Positions 31,737 through 44,593 of a DNA stretch of 64,000 bases are shown piece after piece. The DNA lies in contig OZ024741.1 in NCBI GenBank assembly GCA_964016885.1, positions 364,064,001-364,128,000 of the forward strand, written 5' to 3'. Source of the DNA: Eledone cirrhosa. Lineage: Eukaryota. The position numbers and the translations under genes are program-made. Under the pieces are notes generated by a model. That model was given only the letters and a program-made list of their open reading frames with translations. It had not been told where the DNA came from and did not search any database. Each line of letters opens with the position of its first letter. Positions within the stretch are counted from its first letter, which is position 1.

Positions 31737-32956
31737 TATATAGGGTTTAAAGTTTTGGAAAGAGTGTCGGAAGCGGTGTTGGCAAGATGCGAACACTTCT
31801 GATTTTTTTATTAAGGAGATTATGGTTAGAGAAGATGATAGTATGGGTCTCTAGTAGACAGAGGTTACAAAATTTATTAGGTGGTTTGTACGATGATGCA
31901 CTACCTACCACTTCCATTTAAGTGTGTATATTTTAGTTTTAGTTTTTAGATAGTGTATGTAGCTAGATAGTGAAGTGGAGTTGGCCAGACTGTGTTTTTT
32001 GAAAGAGTGGAGGTGCGAATTGTATCTAGTTTTGAAGCAGTTAGAAGTAGAGCCTATATAGGTTTCAGAAGAGTTGTTAGTTGTGACTGTACATGAGTAT
32101 ATGATATCCTTGGTTAAGCATTTTTTTATCTAAAGGGCAGATTCTATTTGATCTACAGTTACAATTATTCTGGGTGTTAGTCTGCCGGTTACTATGCTGT
32201 GTAGAAGTTAGGATGTTAGCTATAGTGTTATGGTTATGTGGGTTGTCGTTCGCAGCGTTAATGTTTACACTAGTACTAATACTATTATTTCTATTGATAT
32301 GGTTAGTTGCTATAATGTTATTTTGAATGTTATTTTGAAGGTTTATCGTCTGTTGTGATTTAGTTTGTTGGAAGTAAGAATTAATTTTTCTTTTATTGCT
32401 ACTAGCTATGTGGTATGCTAAGTTAGGCGTAGTAGAGTATGAGATTTTAATAGTGTTTTTGTTTAAAAGGCTATGGTACCTGTGGCCGGATGGGAAGTGT
32501 TTATCCAGTAGTGAGAAGAAAGCCCTAGGTAGGTTGGTAGAGACGTTTAGATTGAAAGGAGGGTTGAAAAATGTATTATTTCTTCTTCTATTTCTGTTTT
32601 TTATGTCCGGTGATTTGTTTCCTTTAATGTTACTATGGTAATTTCTGTGGTGTGGGTTACTTTTGTTGTTATCATCTCTATTAGTGTGTGTGTGGTTGCT
32701 ATTCCTATTATTAAATTTTCCCATGGACATGTTGTGTGAAATAATGTTGTAGTTATGCGTTTTTGTAGGTAGGAACTCTATCCCTGTATTATGTCCTAAT
32801 CTAGCTAATGCCTGATTATAATACTGCGAGTTATTGTTAAATGTGTTTATGTCATAGGATAGATTAGAGATTCTATTAGATACTTCCTTAGAGATAGAGT
32901 TTAATATAGATCTAGGGTGGTTAGACTTGGTATCTACGTAGATGAGTTTTTCATTA
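31737..32956 (-). mobile_element. 5'-truncated Penelope-like element (thumb, linker, Cys-rich GIY-YIG; same clade as 3901-4600, possibly Nematis-type)
   Basis: YVDTKSNHPRSIL...FNPPFNLNVSTN...DKHFP...IKISYS..PN...CNCR...CPL; after a frameshift IIYSC...YIGST...FKTRYNSH...CNLCLLE...LLNKKSE...CQH. The UTR probably continues left to ~30100. Confidence 0.88.
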
Positions 32957-33174
32957 TATATATATATATGTAGGAGGTGAGTTTTATTGTAGTACAATAA
33001 AGCAATGCAGATATCGGATAAGTAGCTCTCTACAGTTTGTAGGACTGGAGTATAAATAATATATAAGATCAATTTTTTTCCCAATATCACACATCAATCT
33101 AAAACTACTTTTCATATGTTGATTTAAAACTGCACTATTCACAAGTGTTTTTTAACCTTCATATCATGTCTCCC

Positions 33175-33245
33175 TATTTTATCTGACGAAAACGCAAATG
33201 TCATCGCATGATGATATTTGTTTTTGAAATACGCATAATAAAATA
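33175..33245 (+). ncRNA. Type I hammerhead ribozyme with long stem II
   Basis: tattttat CTGACGA aaac gcaaatgtcatc gcat gatgatatttgt tttt GAAA tacgca TA ataaaata; perfect 8-bp stem I. Confidence 0.85.
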
Positions 33246-33273
33246 CATGGAACTCTTTTAACCATCTTTTGAT

Positions 33274-33329
<56 letters not shown>

Positions 33330-33415
33330 AAATTGAGATAAGCGGAACAAGTAAAATTCAAACAATCTTTCAAAATAAATTCAAAAATATAATTTAAATA
33401 TTTACCTATCCATAT

Positions 33416-33496
33416 TGCTTTTACCGACGGTTTCGCCTCACAAAAGATTGGAAATCTGAGGGACTTTCAATGGAAAGTTCGGCTCTTCAGAAAGCA
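33416..33496 (-). ncRNA. Type I hammerhead ribozyme with branched stem II
   Basis: ugcuuu CUGAAGA gc...gc GAAA ccg u cgg UA aaagca; two hairpins inserted in stem II. Confidence 0.82.
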
Positions 33497-33624
33497 TTTT
33501 CCCTTACATAGGACATAAAGTCCCACAGCCGGCAAATATATTGCCTTCAGCCAGCTAGTGCAGGATCGAATGGGGCCGTAAACGTGACCTACACGTGAAC
33601 TGGTCGTTAGTAGAAGCGGCAGTA

Positions 33625-33669
<45 letters not shown>

Positions 33670-33673
<4 letters not shown>

Positions 33674-34632
33674 CAGAGAAAGCCTTAAGCTATACTCCGA
33701 CTGGCTTCCATCTCACTCAACAAACATTAGGATATACCTTAGTATAATCCCAATTTTACGTTTGGGGTGCTAACTATATGTATTTTGCGGAAAGCCAGTT
33801 GTATTATTTTATATGAGACATAATTAAAATGAAAATATATCTCCCTTTCCAAACAATTGTTTCATTATAAGTTTTCTACAAGTTGGGAGAATGTGTCCGG
33901 GTTATGTAGAAGCCTGCACATCTTTCCGTAGGAAGATATGCAGGTGGGCACTTGTAAATCATCAGTGGGTGCCCGTCAAACATCGATATAAGAAAAACTC
34001 TCTTACCGATGTCAAAATTTCATGTCAGCAATGGTCCCTCTCCGCATCATAATGACCGCCAAATTTGAAATTCCAGCAGTCTCAGAATGAGGAATCTCAC
34101 AGCCTCATGAAGCGGAAAAGGGAGGCAATCGCGAAACACAAGAAAGTCAAATAATTTACACGTGGGTCAATTAATTTTTTCAACAATTTTAACCCTGCGT
34201 GTGAAGAACTCAATTAGATTTAAAAAAAATAAATGTATGCATATATTAATTATACACGCATATAGGTATTTTCTTAGGCTAAAAACAGAGATATGATACC
34301 AGAATAACGATCAATATTTCATAATAATAATAAATACGGAAAGTTACGCTTAAAAGGTATCTGGAAATATTCATCTCAGGCCAAATCAAGAGTATAATAT
34401 TCAATACATAAACAGAGAAAGCCTTAAGCTATACTCCAACTGGCTTCCATCTCACTCAACAAACATTAGGATATACCTTAGTATAATCCCAATTTTACGT
34501 TTGGGGTGCTAACTATATGTATTTTGCGGAAAGCCAGTTGTATTATTTTATATGAGACATAATTAAAATGAAAATATATCTCCCTTTCTAAACAATTGTT
34601 TCATTATAAGTTTTCTACAAGTTGGGAGAATA
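33670..34632 (-). mobile_element. HHR family C: ~740-bp non-coding monomer, partial tandem
   Basis: 33672-33892 is repeated at 34411-34632; diverged copy at ~48900-49456 (+). Confidence 0.8.
33847..33974 (-). ncRNA. Type I HHR with a large branched stem II domain (family C)
   Basis: cca CUGAUGA u uuacaag [two hairpins] cuuauaa u GAAA caauug UU ugg. Confidence 0.75.
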
Positions 34633-34658
34633 TATTGCTCAAACCTTTCGATTGCAAG

Positions 34659-34728
<70 letters not shown>

Positions 34729-35023
34729 CTTGCAATCGAAAGGTTTGAGCAAGACACTTTATTTCACATTGCTCCAGTTTACTCAGCTGTAGAAATGAGA
34801 TGATAGGGACTGGGGTCCATATCATTCCACTGTAAAGTGGACGTATAGGCGCCACGGCAAAAAAGCACCCAGCACTCACTGTAAATGAGGTTGGTGTTAG
34901 GAAGGGCATCCAGCTGTAGAAATCAAGCCAGAATCAGTTCCCGTCCCACCCTTGCAAGCAGAGAAAAGCGGACGTAAAATGATGATGATGATGATGATGA
35001 TACATATACATATATATATACAC

Positions 35024-35105
<82 letters not shown>

Positions 35106-35231
35106 TTATTTATGTAGAATTTGAAGTTGGTGAAAATAATTAAAATATTTACCTGAATATAAGCAGACACCCCATTTTACCATTGATTTTTTTTGTCACA
35201 TATTCCTCTTAAGTATATACGGTATATATAT

Positions 35232-35312
<81 letters not shown>

Positions 35313-35350
35313 CACACATACATATGTGTGTTTTTATGTGTGTGTGTATA

Positions 35351-35859
35351 TCTATATATATAAAGTTGTTTCATGTCTGTTTGTTTGTCTGTTTGTTTGT
35401 TTGTTTGTTCACGAACTACTCCTATGGTTTTGGAGATAGACCCCCATAACCATATATATTCTAAAACTACATTTCCCAGATTACTTGGATAAGTATATTC
35501 CATTTTAATCCCCGAGGGCACAAAACCCCCGCGGAAAGTTTTTTCCCTTCGATTTATATGAAATTTAAACCATAGGTAAATGACAAGATATGATGCATAT
35601 TCATAAAAGTTTTGAATTGATATTTTGAAAAAAATATTATTTACAAGAAACGAAATAAGAATAAGATTTAATAATGTAATTTTGATTTGATATATTACCA
35701 AAAATAATGTTTTCCAATTTTTCATGCATTACATTTTACATTGAGTAATATTAAAATGTAGAGTTTTTCTCCATAAATTATATCACTGATTCAAAATCAG
35801 TGGTCATTTTCTTACGAAAAAATGTGTGAAGCGCAGCAAGGTGCTGGTAATTCAGCTAG
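35351..35859 (+). mobile_element. Non-autonomous Helitron
   Basis: Starts TCTATATATATAAAG with a (GTTT)/(GTCT) microsatellite and ends ...cagCTAG before T. Confidence 0.7.
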
Positions 35860-36233
35860 TATATATATGTTGGACCTCTGTTGATTCCAATGATAAGTGT
35901 TCCAGAAGTTCAAGCAATGGACAGCCTGCTCATGAAATGATGTGCATGTTGCTGAGTATTCCAAACCCTTGTAGTTCTCACATTTATAAATATACCATAT
36001 ATACTTAAGAGGAATATGTGACCGAAAAAAAATCAATGGTAAAATGGGAATGCGGTGTCTGCTTATATTCAGGTAAATATTTTAATTATTTTCACCAACT
36101 TCAAATTCTACATAAATAAGGTATAATATACCTGTTTTTCTACATTTACTACATCATTATTGGCGTTATTTCTTTGAAAATGTTTCCAACAAATTTTTAT
36201 ATGAACTTTTTAATACATTAATATCCCATACAT

Positions 36234-36284
<51 letters not shown>

Positions 36285-36781
36285 TGATTTTCTCTGGCAA
36301 TATTTTTTTCTTTTAATCTTACTTTTGATTTTATTTTATATCTCTCCTTCTCTCTCCCTTCTCGGTCTCACTCTCTCGTTTTCTCACTCTCACTTGCTGT
36401 TTTTCCCTCCCTCTTCTACTCTATGAATCCCCTATACAACATTTTTTTATTCACTCTTTTGCTTTCACAGTACTCCTAGCATGTGAGTGGCTGGAAGTAA
36501 ACAAAAATTCGAGAAACTTGTTGAAACTTAACATAATAGAAACTCATTACATAATTAAATTGTGAAACAAAAATTATACTTTAAACAATACTTAAAACAT
36601 TTTAAACATTAAAATATTAAAACTTGATAAATATATTTTATACTAATGAGAATTTCAAAGCAACGCCATCTAATCAATGTGTTGATTAGCTGCCTTGGCT
36701 TATAAACAGGGTTTGGATGTTTGCCCATTTCTCAGACATAATAGGAGGCCGGCTTATATTTGGATTGGCTTATATTTGAGT

Positions 36782-36784
<3 letters not shown>

Positions 36785-36826
<42 letters not shown>

Positions 36827-37435
36827 GTCTTCGTTTAACGTCCATCTTCCATGCTAGCATGGGTTAGACGGGAGTTGTCCCACTTGAGGCAAGGTTGGTT
36901 GGGTGACCGTATCTCGTTCATATAGGACTATCTGGCAGGTTTTCTACGGCTGGATGCCCTTCCTAACACCAACCACATTTACAGTGTGGAACTGGAAACT
37001 TTTTACCATGTTACCTACACGGCCACATTACAGCGTGGACTGTGTGTTTTTTTTCTCGTGACACCTACACGATCTCGATCTCATTATCTCATTTATTTGG
37101 ACTGGATGTTGTGGTACCAACTTTACAGAGAGAGGGTGGTGTTGGTGGGAGTGGGAGGATATGGTAGGGGTAGTGGATTGGGGTGTATATTTGGTTAAGA
37201 GGTGCCTACTGACTGTAGGTTTTGCTTTGTACATAGGCAAGGCGGGTCTTCTGTATTACTGTGTAGCACCAAAGATATCGGTCCAGTGACATTGTCTTAG
37301 AGAGGTGCAAGTGTGTAAGGTCGGAATTTATCAGATCGTCCCAGGTTTTTCTGGGTCTACCTACTCCGTAACTACCATCAATTTTGATCGCCCTGCACTT
37401 TTTTATACAGCTGTCGTCTTTCATGCGCATCACGA
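36785..37435 (-). mobile_element. RTE LINE 3' end and 3' UTR
   Basis: VMRMKDDSCIKKC...GRPRKTWDD...; (GAT)n tail; ~105 bp duplicated at 38692-38794. Confidence 0.85.
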
Positions 37436-37464
37436 ACGTATATATACAGCAAATATATAGATAT

Positions 37465-37521
<57 letters not shown>

Positions 37522-38406
37522 CCATTGTTATAATTTGATGAAGAAACTGAACATTAATATTCTGTTTGTATTTAATGGCTATAAACTAATAATTGTTTCT
37601 ACGTTAGGCACAAAAGGGAAAGACATTTGGTTTGAAGAAATATTTAACTGAAAGGATTATTATTTTAGTAAAAATCATAAAAGTAATGGATTGGCAAAAT
37701 TGTTAAAAGCACCCAGCCCACACTGTGAAGTGGTCCTGTAGGAGTCACGACAAAAAGCACCCAGCCCACACTGTGAAGTGGTCCTGTAGGAGTCACGACA
37801 AAAAGCACCCAGCACACACTGTAAATGTGGTTGGTGTTAGGAAGGGCATCCAGCTGTAGAAACCAAACCAGAAACAATTCTGTGTGAGCAAGACATGGTC
37901 ACCTAACCCAACTTATCTCAAACGAGACAACCTGTCTAACCCATTCTAGCGTGGAAAAATGGATGTTAAACGATGATGATAATGATCATGATTGAACAAC
38001 ATGCTTTAAGGCCCCTAGTTATGGCTATTTATGTTGTGAGTTCAAATACTGCAAACGTCAACTTTCCCTTCCATCCATCAGATGTCAATAAAATAAGTGC
38101 TATTCAAGTGCTGGGGTCAATGTAATTAACTTGGTCTGTCTCCACCCCCATCCCAATTTCTGGCCTTGTGCCTAAATTAGAAATCAATTAGTAGAACATT
38201 GAACAAAATGTTTTGCAGGATTTAGTTACAACTTTTTACGTTCTAAGTTTAAATTAAATTGGGGCCAGCTTGCCTTACATTTTCAGGATTGGTAAAATAT
38301 AATACCAGTTAAGTACTGAGGTTGATTTAACCAATATTATCCTCCCACAAATTACTGACCTTGTGCTTGAAATCATCCTCATCCTCATAATTATTATTAT
38401 TGTTGC

Positions 38407-38447
<41 letters not shown>

Positions 38448-38691
38448 GAGTAATGAGGGTGGTAAATTGTCAATATCAGTAGAGCGTCGGACCACATGAT
38501 TTATGGCATATAGTTACATCCCTTTATGTTCTGATTTCAAATCCTACTGAGATGAGCTTTGCCTTTCATCCTTTCAGGGTTGATAAAATAAAGCATCAGT
38601 AATGCACAGGGGTAAATTTAATCGATACCCCCCCCCCCCCCCCCTAAAAAAAATTGCTGGCCTTGTGCCTAAATCAGAAACCATTATTATT

Positions 38692-41600
38692 ATCAGATCG
38701 TCCCAGGTTTTTCTGGGTCTACCTACTCCGTAACTACTATCAATTTTGATCGCCCTGCACTTTTTTACAGCTGTCGTCTTTCATGCGCATCACGTGACCA
38801 TACCAACGTAGTCTTCTCTCAAGTAAACAGCATCTGATCTCTCTTATTCCTAATTTCTCACTTAGTTCATTTATGCTTTGCCGTTCACGTATATTACTAT
38901 TACACATCCAACGGAGCATGCATGCTTCGTTCCTTTCCAGTCTGCGCAGGTCCTCTGCACGTAATGCCAATATCTCAATGCCATATAGCATTGCTGTTCG
39001 TATACAGGCACCATACAATCTGCCTTTCATTTTTAGAGAGAAACCTTTTGTGGCCAACAGCGGTATAAGCTCTCTGAACTTTTTCCATCCTGTTCTGACT
39101 CTGGCTACTGTACTTTCAGAACACCCTCCACCACTGCTGATTTCGTCACCCAGGTAACGGAAAGTGTCCACTGTTCCTATAGAACCATCTGGGCAATAGA
39201 AGGAGCTAGTATCCTGTGGACACTTGCTGCTTATTGCACCTGAGCATCGGCTACATATAAAGTCTACGTTCTTAGATAGTTTACATGTGATCCCACTACA
39301 TCTTTTATGTACCCATACTTTGCATTTGGGAAATAAAATGGAATTTCTGCCTACTCCTTTCCTACACACTGAGCATGGCCATTTCCCTGAGGGCACCTGT
39401 ACCTTATTTTCCTTTCTACAAACTAGAACTTTAGTCTTAGACAAGTTAACTTTAAGGCCTTTTGATTCTAGGCCATGCTTCCATGTTTGGAATTTCTTCT
39501 CTAGTTCAGCCATAGATTCAGCTGTGAGAGTTAGATCATCTGTGTATAGGAGTTCCCCTGGGCAGCCGGTCTGGAACTCCTCTGTTATAGCCTGAAGGGC
39601 AATAATAAATAGGAGGGGGCTAAGGACAGAGCCTTGATGAACACCAACTTTTACACTAAATTCTTCACAATATACATTGTTAATTCTAACCTTACTGATT
39701 CTTTATACATAGCTTGTATAGCTCTCACAAGCCATTCATCTACACCTAACTTTAAAAGAGCCCACCAGATAATGGCGCAGGGGACTCTGTCAAAGGCTTT
39801 CTCCAGGTATACAAAAGCTAAGTAGAGGGGTTTAGTTTTAGCTAAGTACTTCTGTAGTTGTTGTACAAGGAAAAGAGCGTCTATGATACTTTTACCTGAC
39901 ACAAACCCAAACTGCATTCCATCTAGATCAATTCGCTCTCTGATTAGTTGCGCTATAACTCTTTCTGTGAACTTCATGACCTGGTCAACTAACTTAATGC
40001 CTCTATAGTTTCCCCTATCTAGAGCATCCCCTTTACCCGTGTAGCAGTTAATGATGATGCTGCTACGCCAGTCTTTTGGTATGACGCCATTCTGTATTAC
40101 TTGGTTAACTATACGGGTGACCATAGTGTGTCCCACCATTCCGGATGCCTTCAACATCTCAGCAACTATCTCCGAAGGCCCAGCTGCCTTGCCTGTCTTC
40201 ATATCTTTGATTGCCTTACTTATTATATTACCTTTAACTTGCACCGCTGGTCCTTCTATTGGATCGATTTGGGGCAGACGATCTTTTTCCTATTTATTCT
40301 CCTCATTTAATAGTCTCTCGTAGTGACACTTCCAGGCTATCTTCTTATCAGTATCAGTGAGGGCAAGTACACCGTTATCATTACGGACACACTTCTCCCC
40401 GACAATATTACGGTTTTCCTTGACACATTGTCTAGCAATCCTGAACACCTCATGTTTTTGGTCCTCACGTTGTAGAACATGCTTGAACTTTCTATCCTCT
40501 GCTTCCCTTTTTGCAAGGTACACTTGTCTCCTAGCTTCTCTCCTGGCCAGTTGATAGTGCTCTATACTTCCCCTATCCTGCTATACTTTCTAAGCCTGCT
40601 TTTTGGCCTTGATTGTCTCCTCCACCTTACTGTTCCGCCATCAAGTTACTCTCCTCCTGCCAATAGGTCTGCTCCAGCCACAGATTTCATCCGTTGCTTT
40701 CAGCAGGTTCACTTTCAAGAATTGCCACTGTTCCTCTATATCGCACGTCTCTAATTGCTCTTCCTTATTGTCAAAGGCATCAAGTAATAAGCTTTTAAAT
40801 TTATCACTGGCTGTGGGGTCCTTCAACTTCCATATTCTTCTCCTCAAGGTAGGTCCTCCTCTGTCGTCGAGTACGTCTATTCCTGACTATGAGGTCACTA
40901 ACTACTAGGCTATGTTGGGAGGTGCATTCTTCAAGGGGGAGGGTTTTAGTGTTTAAAACAGACACTTTGTCCCGTCTTCTAGTAAGGATATAATTTATCT
41001 GGCTGGCGTGTTCCCCTGATCTATAGGTGATCAAGTGGTTTTCTCGGTTTTTGAAGTTTGTATTACAGATAGTTAGGTTATTAGCGTCACAGAATTCCAG
41101 GATTCTGAAGCCCTCCTCATTTCTATTTCCAACCCCATAGCCTCCATGGATTCCATCATAGCCATCACTATGTTGTCCAACGTGACCGTTTAGATCGCCA
41201 GCAATAATTAAGTAGTCGCTGTCGGTTATTTGGGAGGTAGTGTGCATTAGCATCTCATAGAACCTGTCCTTTATAACGTCAAGTAGACCAGATTGGGGTG
41301 CATAAGCAGATATTATTGTCACAGTAGTTCTATTTAGAACTAGTCTTATTTTAATTATTCTGTCATTCACTCTATTTACATCAATTACCTTATCTACCCC
41401 TTTTTCAGCTAACATAATTCTTACACCACCCAGTCCGTTGTCATTTCTCACCCAGAAAAGTTTATAGCATCGTTTTTTACCCACGATGAATCTGGCAGAC
41501 CCATCTCTCCACATAGTCTCTTGAATACAACAAACATCAACTTCTTTACGTTCAAGCATCTCTGCAACCTCATTTGAGCGACCTTTCAATGTGCCTATGT

Positions 41601-41770
41601 TCATGGTACCAACCCTGAAGTTGGGAGGGTGGGATGGATGGGTTGGATGGGCAGGGAGGGGTGTCGGAGATGGAATTATGTTGGTCATCCGTGTCCGAAA
41701 TAAAGAGGGGTCCTTGTATTCTCGTCCAGCAGCGGGAGGTAAATTTATCTTTATCTGTGACATTGTCATT
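38692..41770 (-). mobile_element. Near full-length RTE-clade LINE (APE endonuclease plus RT), with few frameshifts
   Basis: GTMNIGTL...CIQET...SAYAPQ...GDLNGHVG...SQH; AAGPSEI, NYRGIKL, QFGF, LEKAFDRVP, YTDD, FRYLG, LRWYGHVMR. Confidence 0.95.
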
Positions 41771-42580
41771 GAGTGATTAGACTTTCCAAATTCCGTAGTC
41801 CATCCATCAAACAGGTCTAAACTTAATGAGTAGTAACCGAGGTGGTAGCTTTGCTATACTGATTTGTTAGAGAACTTACTATAAGCCGCTGAGTTATCAT
41901 TGGACCATATAGCAGGGGAGGTAACTTTAGGAGAAGATTAGTTTTTAGGAAGGGTCCAACAGAATGAGACATATTAAAAACATGTAAAATATTAATTGAA
42001 AATCCGGGAGATAAACGAAGAATTTGAATTCTAGACTGGCATAAATAGAAATTTAAAACTCTGCTTATTGAGTCGACTACGGGTAAAAGGAAAGACAAGT
42101 ATTTTGCTTACATTCTCAAGATGGACAGATTGTCCATAAGATAGATTAGATAGATAGATAGATAAATTCTGTCCTTGGGAACCCAGCAAGGTTTATTTTA
42201 TACTTGCGATCAGACAGGGAGGGGGGGGGGGATATGAGAGAAGGAGCAAAGTGTTTACAAAGTTAGCGAGCGAGATGCAGGAAGGTTCTAGAATAATTAA
42301 TTAATAATAATACTCGAAGGTTAGTTTTTAGGAAGAGCCCAACAGAATGAGACATTCCAAGGTTAACTTTGCCTTTCATCCTTACGGGGTCGATAAAATA
42401 AAGTACCAGTAATGTACTGGGTATTTGCTGGCCTTGTGCCAAAAGTAGAAACAATTATTAAAAATATGTAAAATATTATTTGAAAATCCGAGAGAAAAAC
42501 GGAGAATTTGAATTCTAGACTGGCATATGTGTGTGTGTACTTTGAAAAATTAAAACCAAGAACTGCTAACTATATTATAT

Positions 42581-42644
42581 TTTAATTTATGTACGTTTCA
42601 TCCTTAATATTAAGAGCTCAATATTAGGAATCTTCAGAATTAAA
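42581..42644 (-). ncRNA. Type I hammerhead ribozyme
   Basis: uuuaauu CUGAAGA uucc uaauauuga gcuc uuaauauua agga u GAAA cguaca UA aauuaaa. Confidence 0.82.
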
Positions 42645-42806
42645 TTAAATATAACTACCTTAAACACATCATTTCGTCCAAAAATATATCATATCAGAAC
42701 AATTTTGTTTACATTTAAAAAAATACTGCATCATAACTTCTGCATCTTCAATTACCTGTTTTCGTATTTGAAAATGTATTACTTTATACAATATATATAT
42801 ATACAT

Positions 42807-43150
42807 AAATGGAAAAGAATGAAACGAAATTTCATTTTTCACTCTTAGTACGGCTGATACTTAAATGTAAGTATGTATGTATACGTACATACATATATGT
42901 ATACAGACGTACAGTAGTATGTATATATATACATGCACACATATATATATGTACGTATGGGTTTACCGAACATTTATTATAATGCTCGGTTTGTTTGTTT
43001 ACAAACAAACAAACCGAGCATTATAATAAATGTTCGGTAAACCCATACATACATATATATATATGTGTGCATGTATGTATGTATATATACATACTACTGT
43101 ATGTCTGTATACATATATGTATGTACGTATACATACATACTTACATTTAT
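42807..43150. repeat. Fold-back copy of the HHR family D terminus; another at 49505-49752
   Basis: Inverted about ~43000 (gtttgtttgttt acaaacaaac); homologous to 44590-44795. Confidence 0.75.
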
Positions 43151-43722
43151 ATATACATACACATATATATATATAAGTTTATCCCGGGTTCAATCGGCGC
43201 TAACCACAGTAAGTAAGGTACTCAATACATAGCAGAATATAAATATTTAATATAGAAATGGCTTCTACAGGACTAGAACTGTTTCATTCAGGAGAAATCA
43301 TCAGGGCAAACAAATCCACAAACAAACACACACATAGACAGAAATTGCCATTTATGTATATAGATACACACACACATATATATGTATATATATATATATA
43401 TCATCACCATTTCTATTTAGCATCAATTCTTCCATGCTTGCATAAGTTAGATGGGTTGTCCATACCGGGAGCCAAGTCTGGCCACGGTTGGCCATGTATC
43501 ACCTTGCTCTGGCGAGAACTGTATATATATAGCGGTGAAGTTGCAAAGATGTTAGAACATCAGGCAGAATGCTTTGTGCCATTTATTCTGATTCTGTGTG
43601 CTCCAAGTTCAAATCCTGCTGTAAGGTCAATTTTACTTTTTATTGTTCCAAGGTCAATGAATAAAATGTCAATTCAATACTAGGGTCAATTCTTCCTTTA
43701 TATCTCTCTCCCACTTCCTCTT

Positions 43723-43777
<55 letters not shown>

Positions 43778-43780
<3 letters not shown>

Positions 43781-44520
43781 AAAGAACACAAGAGCGTCTA
43801 CAACATCAAACATTTTTTATTGGCTTACTATATTTCTTCCTTACGTAACCGTAGGATTCGTCAGAGCTATAAAAGGGGTTTGATTGGTGTTATGGACTCT
43901 ACCAACCAAACATTCAAGAACAAAGAGTAAAGAGAGTAAAGAGCAAAAGTAGGGGACGATAAGTCTAATTTTGGTGCGGGAGGGTGGGGTGTGGGTCCTT
44001 GTTTACTAGCTGTGGTCATATTCATTCACGGGAGTCGAGTGGTTAGCTGAACCATAGATGGGGTGGCGTCGATAGTAGGGTGCAGAGGGTGTGCAGAGGC
44101 CACACAGACACAAAGGGCATACAATATATATATAACGGAGGAGAAAGTACATGAGGTAATTAGAAATGGAATAAGAATAAGAATAATTTATAGTTAATAA
44201 TGTATAATAAGGCATGGGGAAGATTACACTATAATAAGGTATGAAAGTAAGAATAAAATAAAGTATAAAGGAGGATAAAAATGAAAATAAGAATTTAAAA
44301 AAAAATATATATATATAAAAAATATGTAGAGAATATATAAAAAATATAAGCAAGTATCAGAAAGGGAAAAACACAATGTAAAAAAACAGATTTTGTTAAA
44401 TAAAAATATTATAAATATGGGGGGAGAAAATGGGAGAGAGAAATATAATCATAATGTGATTAGTTGAGAGAATATAAGATGATAATAAGTGGACTGAGTA
44501 CTCTACTACTATGGATATAA
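43778..44520 (-). mobile_element. HHR-bearing pLTR-like insert, copy 2 of 11467-11837; HHR at 43823-43867
   Basis: Same core and stems; loop III reads uauag instead of cauug. Confidence 0.78.
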
Positions 44521-44559
44521 CCTACTATTATATATATATACTATTATATATATATAACC

Positions 44560-44589
<30 letters not shown>

Positions 44590-44593
<4 letters not shown>

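Noticed and set aside
33900-33985. Hairpin-ribozyme-like AGAA/GUC words on the plus strand
   Set aside because: The required helices do not form; the minus-strand hammerhead fold explains the region.
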